The notes under the pieces are model-generated. The model was not told the DNA's origin. It made no database searches and was given only the letters and a program-made list of their open reading frames with translations. A stretch of DNA of 63,263 nucleotides, filler included, from Octopus bimaculoides (Eukaryota): assembly GCF_001194135.2 (NCBI RefSeq). It is 7 parts of 6 records of this genome, joined end to end, with 100 filler letters (N's around TTAATTAATTAA, not from the genome) between each part and the next. Parts side by side here need not be neighbours in the genome. Positions count along the whole stretch, not along the records: positions 1 to 15,883 come from NC_068987.1; 6 more parts are not named here. One strand, written 5' to 3'. This document shows, piece by piece, positions 1-9,806 of this stretch. The stretch's first letter is position 1; each line of letters starts with the position of its first letter. Position numbers and translations under genes: made by a program.

Positions 1-211
1 TTTCTTGAAAATTATATTGGACGCAATGTAATGAGTTTTAATTGCATTATACATCAGGAAAACTTAGTTGTAAAAATTTCATCACAAAGCTTGAGTTCTG
101 TCATGGAGACTATTGTTAAAATAGTTAACTTCATAGTTTCTCGCTCTTCGCAATTTAAGTCCCTTCTGCAAGAATTGGACAGCGAATATGCAGACCTCCC
201 ACTCACAGTAA
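1..211 (+). mobile_element. hAT transposase remnant (GTF2IRD2/EPM2AIP1/Buster-like), part before the LTR insertion
   Basis: Translation 'FNCIIHQENL...VMETIVKIVNFIVSR...QFKSLLQELDSEYADLPL' matches the hAT CxxH-QE motif and the segment preceding 'VRWLSRG' in GTF2IRD2-type transposases. Confidence 0.85.
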
Positions 212-525
212 TGTAGTAACGCCCTATCTCATGCGCATGCGTGTAATTCAACATCTAAGCGCTCCCGCTTTTTTCATTCTCTTTCTCGGCCGGCCGGCCG
301 GCCATGAGCTCAGACGTACAAGCAGCCTGTCTCCATCATTCAACTCTGGGGACAACTCACATCAACATTCCAACGTCTCAGCAACCAGACAATTTAAGGC
401 TGCCTATTTACCACCATAAATAAATATTGTTGTGTTGATAGTTCAGAGTTCTGCGTTCCGTTTATTCCGAATTTAATATAGGAAAGCAGGTGTACACCTA
501 ATGGTGTATAACCCACTTTCCTATA
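212..525 (+). mobile_element. Solo LTR (314 bp, Gypsy-like) inserted in the hAT transposase
   Basis: Starts TGTAG and ends CTATA (CTACA with one change), flanked by GTAA at 208-211 and 526-529. AATAAA at 419-424. Removing it rejoins 'LPL-HSNVRWLNRG'. Confidence 0.7.
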
Positions 526-1028
526 GTAATGTCCGTTGGCTTAATCGGGGTAATGTTTTGAACAGATTTGTATCATGCTTTTGGGGGTGATATACTTTGC
601 AACACTTACAAATACTTTCAATATGTAAAGGCTTATTCAAATCGATTTAATGTTAATGAAAATGAACTTCAAAAATATATTGCAACGTTGAAAGAAGAAT
701 TTTCCAAGCTAAGTAAATATTTCGAAACTTACGCTCCTATATTTTCTTTTCTCATAAAACCCGACTTGATTGATTTGAAAACGAACTCATTTGATCTATT
801 ACTTTTTGAGTGGATGCACGTCAATAGTTTTGAAATAGAAATGATTGAATTAACAACTTCCGAATGGTGGGAAACAAAATTTGTGGAACTACGAAAAACT
901 CTTGGAAGAAGCTGCTTGGAGAAGTATGTTTACATCTTCAATTGCTGGATGTCGTTGCTTGAAAGAGTTAATTCTTTGAAGTAAATCTCATATATATACT
1001 CTGCATTCAGGCTTTGGCTGAACATATG
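526..1028 (+). mobile_element. hAT transposase remnant, continuation (deleted and frameshifted)
   Basis: Resumes 'SNVRWLNRGNVLNRFV'. ORF 568-984 contains 'FEIEMIELTTSEWWETKFVEL...IFNCWMSL', resembling the hAT C-terminal region. Runs into a gap. Confidence 0.75.
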
Positions 1029-1593
1029 NNNNNNNNNNNNNNNNNNNNNNNNNNNNNNNNNNNNNNNNNNNNNNNNNNNNNNNNNNNNNNNNNNNNNNNN
1101 NNNNNNNNNNNNNNNNNNNNNNNNNNNNNNNNNNNNNNNNNNNNNNNNNNNNNNNNNNNNNNNNNNNNNNNNNNNNNNNNNNNNNNNNNNNNNNNNNNNN
1201 NNNNNNNNNNNNNNNNNNNNNNNNNNNNNNNNNNNNNNNNNNNNNNNNNNNNNNNNNNNNNNNNNNNNNNNNNNNNNNNNNNNNNNNNNNNNNNNNNNNN
1301 NNNNNNNNNNNNNNNNNNNNNNNNNNNNNNNNNNNNNNNNNNNNNNNNNNNNNNNNNNNNNNNNNNNNNNNNNNNNNNNNNNNNNNNNNNNNNNNNNNNN
1401 NNNNNNNNNNNNNNNNNNNNNNNNNNNNNNNNNNNNNNNNNNNNNNNNNNNNNNNNNNNNNNNNNNNNNNNNNNNNNNNNNNNNNNNNNNNNNNNNNNNN
1501 NNNNNNNNNNNNNNNNNNNNNNNNNNNNNNNNNNNNNNNNNNNNNNNNNNNNNNNNNNNNNNNNNNNNNNNNNNNNNNNNNNNNNNNNNNNNN

Positions 1594-2900
1594 TGAAACC
1601 GTTTTGGCGTAAAATTACATATATCTAAAATCCAGCAGTTCTATTCCATAGTCTTTTTTTAGTTCAGTATAACAAGTCTGTTTTGGCAATTTCTCTCTAT
1701 CGCCGATCACCTTCCACAACTCAATACCTTTAGCATTCTTTTTAACTATTTCCATTTGTACCTTATTTAACAGTTGGCATGTCGTAGCCTCATCATCTTC
1801 CCAGAATTCCACTTCCACCACATACTTCCACTCGCTCACCTGGTTTGCAATGTCATCCTCCGCGTTCGCATACAGAACACCAGCAAAACAAATAGGGGGA
1901 GGGGGAACCATATTTACATCATGTATGCTTGCATTTCTTTTCTGTTTTCTTGTTGGAGGGGAATGGGTAGGTTTGGTGCCTGCATGGGGACGGTGTGGTA
2001 AAAAGGGAGAGGGTAGCACTGGGTGGGTTGGGGTTCACAAGTACTTGCTTTCTTTTTCTTTTTCTACTCCCGGCTGTTTCCCCATTCCCTATCTTCTGAT
2101 ACTGGATTTTCTTTTTCTACTTCTTCTTGTATCCTCTCCTGTGGTGGTGGCTGTTGCTCTTCTACCATTTTGGGTGGTGGAGGGCAGTTCGCTCTTACGT
2201 GGCCTTTCGGGTCACATTTAAAACAGCGAGGAATCCTGCCCTCCACCCACACTTTCAAGCTCAAATCCCCAATCCACAGGTTCTCGGGTAGCACTTAGAG
2301 AACCTCCATCTCAGCTTGGACGATATTTTCGACGATTTGTCCCTTCCATGTTGCTCCTTCCATCACTTCTGCTTGAACCACCTTCACCTCCTTTTCTCTT
2401 TCAATAATGATAGCCGCCACCACCCAAGCTGCATCGACTTCAGGGGGAATCCCTTCCACTTTGATTTTGGCAATCCTCTTGCCCATGTAAGACGGCCAGA
2501 GGACTACCTTTTCCGTTTTTAACACCTTGGCAGCGTGGGCTATCGCTTTTTCCTCCGTTTTATAACGAACCACAATCGCCCCGAACTTTCTTCCTCTGCC
2601 CAGGTAGGTAATATCTGGCCAGACTGTCTTCAGAGCCTTGTCTATTTCTCTCTCTTCCATGTGGTCGATTCTCCTTTTCTTTACTGAGTAAACTTTATAA
2701 GTTACCATTTTCTTTTGTATTTCCTCCATCCTTGTCTGCGGTAGAGACAACCTCACGTCGTTCCCCACCTTTACCACCATTCTACTGTCTTTTTTCATAT
2801 TTTCCAGGTTTATCTTCTTTCTTCATATAAGAATTGGATGAGATATGATAGCTCGGTCATCTCTCCCCAGTTCTTATATTAATCATTAAAATCCAGAAAT
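1594..2900 (-). mobile_element. Decayed gag/ORF1-like retroelement region with CCHC zinc knuckle (Tx1/L1-ORF1-like)
   Basis: Contiguous minus ORFs 2295-2798 ('KIKVEGIPPEV') and 2064-2294 ('VWVEGRIPRCFKCDPKGHVRANCP', CX2CX4HX4C), then 1615-2019. No RT or endonuclease is visible before the gap. Confidence 0.7.
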
Positions 2901-2989
2901 ACAACAACACGAGGGATAACGGTAACGACAGATCAATAGTTTATTCTAGGTTGGTGTAGAGCCGTTTCGTTCCTAAGTGAACAGGCATG

Positions 2990-3300
2990 CCGCTAGAATA
3001 CCAAGGAAGCTTCGACCACATGTCGGGGTCGAGTTGAGACATACGTGTTGTCACGACGCCTGCTTGAGAGAAAAGAGATACGTGTTGTCGCCACCGCTGC
3101 TAGAATGAAAAGATAGCGAACGCTATTTCTTTCTCTCCACCTATTGCATTGCGCATGCGTGCTCGGGTACTTCCGCTGACGGCAAGTCCTTGCACATGCG
3201 CAATGGCACTTCCCAAGATGGTGGCCAATGGCGGCCACACGCGCCATTACATTCTCATCTCGGTTGCTTCTGCAAAACTTTTCTCTTTCAAACATGCATC
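2990..3300. promoter_or_regulatory. CpG-rich promoter-like island
   Basis: NRF1-like TGCGCATGCG (3150-3159) and TGCACATGCGCA (3191-3202), ETS ACTTCCG (3169-3175), YY1-like CAAGATGGTGGC (3214-3225) and AATGGCGGCC (3227-3236), CCAAT at 3225-3229, all within about 90 bp in an otherwise AT-rich window. Confidence 0.5.
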
Positions 3301-4242
3301 CAACATCTTTGCTGCCTTAACCAGTTACTTCTCCGTAGAGGACAACTCAGTCACGCTCAGATCTGAATATACTTGTCATCTCTCAATACTACCGAGAGAC
3401 GGCACAACAACTCAAAAAGCACTGATCCGAGAGCGTGAACCTTGTGATTTGCAACCAATTGAAGTACTTATGATGTTTTTCTTTCTTTGTCTTTCTTTCT
3501 TCCTCTTTGTTTCCTTTTCTTTCTTCACTTATGTTTGTGTTCCCCCGGTTTTGTATTCGTATTTTAATGTAGTTTTGTTTTTATATATGTAATTATTGAA
3601 ATATCTAAATTAAAAGAACGTATTTTTAAAAATTTGGGGAGCGAATTTTTTTGGTAATTTTTCTTTTTTAAAGCAGGGTTTCAAACGTGGACAGTCCGGC
3701 TTTTTTGCTTAAATCCAAGCAATACACTATTAAATATGTTTGTGGTGGGAAAGATATTGAAAAACATCAATTCGTCAGACTGACAAACAAACGAGAATGG
3801 TATCAGATGGTCGTGAGATGCGCAAAATATAACCGGTAAATAGCCCTTAAATCTTGTTTTTGGCTTTTGCATAAGCGTATGAATTCCCTCGTATAGAACA
3901 CAAATATGCAAAAATTTTCTGAAAATTTCCAAAAATAAAAAAGCTATGAGTGGTTATATGGTGTGTTTAAAGTAGAATTACGCCCTTATTTGCCGCAACG
4001 ATTCATGTAATCAATAAAAACGTTAAAAAATGAATTGCAGAATTTGGGGAACCAACAAGTCATAGGAAAGGAATCCTTGCGCATTCTGTCATACTTTAGG
4101 CCTCAAAACCCAGCATAAGGCAACCCCATCCCGCCAAGAAGCTTCTTTTCTTTGTCATTCAGGTAAATCGGCAACCTTAACGGGTGTCAGTGTAACGAAA
4201 AAGCACCCACTACATATTAAATGATAGGAACAGCATCCAGCT

Positions 4243-4590
4243 GTCGGACGCCACAGTCTGCGACTCCTTTACTCCCTCCCACATCTTGGAAGCTGCAGTT
4301 AATGGGAGGGTCACTGCTGCTGTAGCCGCACGGAACCCACCCCCACCCCCTGATGTATGGACAAGACAGTGAACTATCTCTTCCAACCTGTGGCGCTTGA
4401 GACGTTCGTTGGGACTGGGTCACTAACCGCGAAGTTCTTGTCAATGTTGGCAGCTCGCCTCAGCGAGTTGTCAGTGATGCCTGTGAGGGCGCTTGGCTTT
4501 CCCAACGACTTCGCCTCACCATCGCCCGTGCTAATGCTGCGAGCGCGCTGGCTTGCTCTAGTAGGTTCCGTTAAACCTTGTGATGTGCGA
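4243..4590 (+). mobile_element. CRE-clade non-LTR retrotransposon 3' fragment (RLE domain)
   Basis: Across frameshifts reads 'DATVCDSFTPSHILEAAV', 'YLFQPVALETF' and 'AWLSQRLRLTIARANAASALACSSRFR*', typical of the CRE RLE C-terminus. Confidence 0.75.
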
Positions 4591-4837
4591 CCAGTTACTG
4601 CGATAAGAAAAGATTCCCCACAAATGGTTTTAACACAATTTTAACAGAAACTTTTGGTAGAATTAAATGAAAGCTTTCCGGTAATTTCCTTTCATGTAAA
4701 TAAATGTTAATTAAAATAAACATGACATTAAAATACAAATCCAAAACCGAAGTAAAGACAAACATGAGCGAAAGAAGAAAAGAGGAAGAAAGAATAGAAA
4801 GAAAAATAACATAAATTCAACACCAGGTGCCTCAGTA

Positions 4838-4937
4838 GATCACATCCCACAAGATTCAACGGAACCTACTTAAGCAAGCCAACACGTTCGTGGCATTACC
4901 ACAGGCAATGGCGAGTCTAAGGCGTTGGAAAAGCCAA
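4838..4937 (-). mobile_element. Second, diverged CRE-type 3' end, inverted
   Basis: Minus strand reads 'SWLFQRLRLAIACGNATNVLACLSRFR*', homologous to the plus-strand copy at 4492-4574. Confidence 0.75.
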
Positions 4938-5700
4938 GAGTTAAGTTGTTTGGTATTTTTTCGATAGTCATCTGCAACTATTAATGTTACAAAAACAAGT
5001 TTAAAATTGCTTGTATAATCGTTTTACTTTATTTACTTCCATTCATTAAACTTCCAAATTTTAATTATCAGCTAAACATTAAAAAAGCCTACAGATAACA
5101 ATCATTGGCTCCTTGTTGAACGAGAAATAACTCAGCAGTGATTCAATGTCCAAGGCGCTTACAGTTACTTCCCTTAGACAATTTTGTCTCGGTATTAATT
5201 TTACGTTTTAATACATACTGCCAAGCAGCTAAGCTAAATATATCCAACACTTACATCCACTTCTGTGCCATTAGTTACGAGAAATTATGCAATCACGGAG
5301 TAGGTTTATAGAATTAATAAAATCATGACTGCATTTGACTGGAATAATTAATTGAATAGTACCGTTAAGATTATAAAAGCCAGTTACAGATATCAGAGGA
5401 AGGATGGCAGATTTAATTAATTATCAATAAAAAAAAATTACAACTTTGCTACTGTGATGCAAATATTCGGTGTCTATTGTATTCATTTAAAATGTAGTAC
5501 AAGGGCATAATCTTGTCCCCAAATTTGAAACTAATATAGTAGAAGGGCTAATAATAATACAAAGATTACTATTGTTACCTTATATAATCTGTACCTCATT
5601 TAAGAAATTGCTCACACAATTTACAAGTTTTTCTGAGATAATTAATAATGTCTTCAATATTACAGACTTTTTTTTTCTCAAAAGTCAAAGATAATGAAAT

Positions 5701-6031
5701 AATAAGTTTGCTTCCCAACCACATGGTTCCGGTTCAGTCCCACTGCATGACACCTTGGGCAAGTGTCTTCTACTACAGCCTCAGGCCAGTCAAAGACTTG
5801 TGAGTGGATTTGGTAGACAGAAACTGAAAGAAGTCCATTGTGTTTGTGTCTCATCACTACTTGACAACCAGTGTTGGTTTGGTGTGTTTACATCCCCATA
5901 ACTTACTGGTTCAGCAAAAAGCAACATAGAATAATACTGGGCTTAAAATACAAATAAGGACTGGGGTCGATTCTTTTGAATAAAATTCTTCAAGATGGTG
6001 CCCCAGCATGGCCGGTCTAATGACTGAAACA
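5701..6031 (+). mobile_element. SINE family A (tRNA-like head, LINE-like 3' tail)
   Basis: Head 'cttcccaaccacatggttccggttcagtcccactgc...ccttgggcaagtgtcttctact' and tail 'ggtgccccagcatggcc...aatgactgaaac'. Partial copies at about 19236-19345, 20187-20410, 21022-21150, 23080-23245 and 49714-49957. Confidence 0.8.
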
Positions 6032-6539
6032 CCTTTTGGTGAATAAATAATGTAATGTAGAAAAAGGATGAAAGAAAAGATGTGAATTAAATATGTGAGC
6101 TACTAATTTATTTAAACGTGAATGAAAATCACTAGTTTATATAAACAACCTTTTTTATCTAGGGGTACATTTGAGATGACAAAAATAATAAAAAATAAAG
6201 CAAAAAAATAAAATAACTGACACACATGTCACGAGGTTAAGAAAAATATGTTTTAATGATAAAAAAATTAAAAAAGAAAAAGAGCTTTAAAAACTGTTGC
6301 ATATCCTGTTGTTTGAATCATACTCAACCATTGCAAAATTGAGAATAAGTTATTTTTCAAGACACTCAAACATTAGTATGGATTTTTGAAAGACTTAAAT
6401 TATGTTTTTAAAAATCTACACTGTACTTAAAATACATCATAAGATTGTATTTCTTATGAGATTCAGATTAAAAATAGTGGTACCAAAACAACTGTAACTG
6501 ATAATTAGAGAAGAACTAAACTCAGTGTCTTCTTATTTG

Positions 6540-6902
6540 AATTAGCCATGAAAGCATAGTACCAGAGTAAGAACAGGCTGGAAAAAGTTCAAAGAGCTGC
6601 TACCATTTCTAGCAACAAAGGTCTTTTCACACAGAGTGAAAGGCAGACTATATGTTGCATGCATTAGAACTGCAACACTGCTTAATAGTGAGATATGGCC
6701 ATTGAATGCAAAGGACAGGAGAAGATGGAAAGAAATGAAGCTAGCATGCCCCGTTGGATGTGTAAGGTAAGTGTGTATAAATGGATGGCATTATGAAGGG
6801 CATCCAGCTATGGAATCTATGCCAAAACAGAAACTGGAGGAAGATGCCGTCCATCCATCTAACCCATGCAAGCATGAAACATAGACATTAAATGATGATG
6901 AT
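6540..6902 (+). mobile_element. RTE-clade LINE 3' fragment with (GAT)n tail
   Basis: 'GWKKFKELLPFLATKVFSHRVKGRLY...WPLNAKDRR...NEASM..WMC' followed by 'aacccatgcaagcatgaaacatagacattaaatgatgatgat'. The same tail occurs inverted at about 9320-9480. Confidence 0.75.
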
Positions 6903-6951
6903 ATGCTCACCTGCCACGCAGGCGGCCCGGGTTTGTTTCCCGGCCGATGCA
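6903..6951 (+). pseudogene. 5'-truncated tRNA-Gly(GCC) pseudogene
   Basis: atgctcacctGCCacgcaggcggcccgggtttgtttcccggccgatgca matches the 3' two-thirds of metazoan tRNA-Gly-GCC, anticodon at 6913-6915. No CCA; T5 tract at 6957-6961. The 5' acceptor and D arms are replaced by the RTE tail. Confidence 0.8.
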
Positions 6952-7042
6952 CAGGATTTTTGAAGGCATTGCCACAACATGACCGAAACAACTAAAATAT
7001 ATGAGCGCGCACATGTGTGTGTGTGTATATACACACGTAATG

Positions 7043-7185
7043 ACAGGCGAAATGCTTAGCGGCATTTCATCTTCTGTTACGTTCTGAGTTCAAATTCCAC
7101 CAAGGTTGACTTTGCCTTTCATCCTTCCAGGGTCAATAAAATAAGTACCGTTTATGCACTAGGGGTCGATGTAATCAACTTAAGC
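7043..7185 (+). mobile_element. SINE family B (conserved 'gactttgcctttcatcctttcggggtcgataaa.taagtacc' core)
   Basis: Repeated core. Other copies at about 12027-12400, 12405-12610, 21235-21410, 26140-26285 and 28122-28320 (minus). Confidence 0.8.
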
Positions 7186-7240
7186 CTTTGTTTGTTCCCT
7201 CTGTGTTTAGCCCCCTCTGAGCAATAAAGAAATATATATA

Positions 7241-7293
<53 letters not shown>

Positions 7294-7781
7294 AATCTCT
7301 TGTGCAGTTCGAACACATTTGGACTTGTCTCCTTTCTTTTCTCTTATCAACGAATCTTCTTCAAGTGTTCACCATTTTTACCTCATCTGTGCCTAACGTC
7401 CCTCCTTGTTTTATTCGTTTCATTTGATTTGTTGTATGTCCTGTTTTTGCTACCAACTTCGACCCTCTGCAAATCCTAAATTTTTTATTTCGGTTTGCAG
7501 GAACAACTGCCTTCAAAGTCTTATCTTGCTGTTTGAATGCTTGAAATAAGGAGTAGAAGGACAGCCGACGACTGATGAAGTGTCGTTTTTTTTTATGTTA
7601 CTTATTTTGTTTTCCATTCGTTTCTCTTGTTTTTTGCGTACCCAACGTTATTTTCGTATTTCATGTTTGTTAATGTTTTTGTGACATCCTGTACTGATAT
7701 ATACATAGCTATATACATATATACGTATGTATGTACATATGTGTGTCTATATATGCATATATATATAATTTATATTATTAT

Positions 7782-7816
<35 letters not shown>

Positions 7817-7817
7817 T

Positions 7818-7849
<32 letters not shown>

Positions 7850-8347
7850 CTAGCAGAGATACCCGGCATTGCTCGGGATTAAAATGGCATAGTTTGTATA
7901 TAATATATTACAGTTATGTTGAAATAGGTGATATGGGAAAGTGCAGCATTGGCAAGAAAACATTTGTGGAGTAAATGATGGGTTAATTCGACTAAGCAAC
8001 ATGCTATGCGCCTGTTTCGAGTATTTCAGATCCTAACCTGTCATGGGAAATGGAGTGGGTATGTGATTTTTGAATGCACTGAAAAGCTGTCAGTGGATAT
8101 ATTCTCTTTTGCAGACAAAATGCATTTTGCCTGGCATGCTAACAATTCTGCCAGCTCTCCACTTATAGAGTGGAGGATAAAGATATTAAAAAGAATCTGG
8201 GTGTAATGAAGTGGTCTCAATAAAATAAATGCCTTTACAGATATTGGTTTCATTTTCCCACTAAAACACCATGACAAAGTATAATGTTTTCCTAAACATT
8301 GGGAATTATCCTATACAGAAAAATAGTCATAAATATTAATGAATAGA
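7850..8347 (-). mobile_element. Helitron-type element (3' terminus clear, 5' end tentative)
   Basis: Minus strand shows hairpin cccgagcaatgccggg, 8 nt, CTAG, then T (CTAG at 7850-7853). A possible A|TC 5' end lies at 8346-8348. Confidence 0.5.
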
Positions 8348-8593
8348 TAGTTTTAGAAAATGTAAAGATTGTTACTTTGTGTATTTTCCAATATTTTTCT
8401 TTATCTTCAAGTTACAAAAAATTTCACTTTTATGTGTTGATTATTAGGGTCTACCATTCTATCAAATATTAATTCAATGTTTTCATTATGTAATTTGGAA
8501 GAAGATGAATAATGCAAGGCTATGCTACAAACTTGTTTAATAAAATATATTCCCAAAAAATGGAAGACGGTGCAAATGGATTCTTTAGCTATT

Positions 8594-9259
8594 TTACTTT
8601 GTCTTCACATAACGTGTATAGTGTGGAATTAATTTCTTCATATTAGGAATAGTAGGTGTTACACTCTCCCTTTCAGAACAAGCAGTCAGCCATTTCTGGA
8701 ACCGAGGATACCAATCAATATCAGATGGTATTTCAAAACTTTTATAATGTTTCAAAACTTCCAACCTTTGCAACCATGGAAATGCCATTATATCAACAAA
8801 TGAAAATGAGTCTCCCATGAAAAAATTTCCAGTTGGAGACATGGCTTTCACAAAACTTCCAATATTTTCAATTAAAGATTTTTGTATTCCATCAAGATTT
8901 TCAGGATCTGATTTCAAAACAGAATAAAATAATGGAATTATTTTACTCTCAGCATAATCGCCCCAGATACGAACCTGAGCTTTATCATAAGGTTGTTCCA
9001 TCATAATTTTGGGTTTTTGCGGCCAAGTCTCATCAACATATTCTATACATACAGCAGATTCATAAATAATTTTATCATCATGTACCAACACTGGTACCAA
9101 ACCTCTTGGATTCAGTTTTAAAAATTCTTCAGTCTTGTTATAAGGATCAATTTCTTCATATTTAAAAGGAGTTCCTTTCTCCAAGAGAGCAATCCAGAGT
9201 CGTTGAGCAAATGGACAGTACCAAGCAGTTAAAAAGCGAAGTTCAATACCTTCAGGCAT
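8594..9259 (-). CDS. Glutathione S-transferase, omega-like (Cys active site), 221 aa, intron-free CDS
   Basis: Intact ORF with WYCPFAQR active-site motif, NPRGLVP cis-Pro loop, YES glutathione-binding motif and SFVD N-capping box. Polypyrimidine tract and AG acceptor (9275-9274) lie 14 nt upstream of the ATG, implying an upstream exon. ATTAAA at 8537-8542 (minus). Confidence 0.93.
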   Translation of the reverse strand: MPEGIELRFLTAWYCPFAQRLWIALLEKGTPFKYEEIDPYNKTEEFLKLNPRGLVPVLVHDDKIIYESAVCIEYVDETWPQKPKIMMEQPYDKAQVRIWGDYAESKIIPLFYSVLKSDPENLDGIQKSLIENIGSFVKAMSPTGNFFMGDSFSFVDIMAFPWLQRLEVLKHYKSFEIPSDIDWYPRFQKWLTACSERESVTPTIPNMKKLIPHYTRYVKTK

Positions 9260-9806
9260 ATTGAAAAAAGAGCCTAAAAGGAAAAGAAAAGAAAATAGAT
9301 TAAATATATATCCATAAAATCATCATCATCATCATCGTTTAACGTCTGCTTCCATGCTGGCATGGGTTGGACGGTTTGACTGAGGACTAGTGAGCCAGAG
9401 GCTGCATCAGGCTCAAATCTGATCTGGCAATGTTTCTACACTTGGATGCCCTTCCTAATGCCAACTACTCCAAGAGTGTAGTCAATAATTCTGAGTAAAA
9501 AACAAATATTTTTTAACATGAATTACATTTGTATTTTAGTATTATGTCTGTTTTTCTATGCTAGCATGAGTTAGGCATGTATATTATTGAAGAAAAATTT
9601 TTACAGTCAGATGCCCTTTTTATCATTAAGTCTTACCTGCTTTTCTAGTAAGGGAATTTTCATTCCATTCATTTTAAGAAGTGCAGGACTACCAGATGAC
9701 TTGTTGATAGGGAGATGCCAGCAAATCTCATGGTTTGATGCTCAGTGATATTCTGGAGATGTGGAATATGTAAACATTTACACATACACACACAAAAACA
9801 TACATA

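Noticed and set aside
3287-3292. TTCAAA as a CHR cell-cycle element linking the promoter to CENPJ
   Set aside because: The hexamer is common in AT-rich DNA, and no N-terminal CENPJ exons lie between this site and 18.2 kb.
8594-9259. GST as a cephalopod S-crystallin
   Set aside because: S-crystallins are sigma-class with an N-terminal Tyr. This protein has a CPFA cysteine motif.
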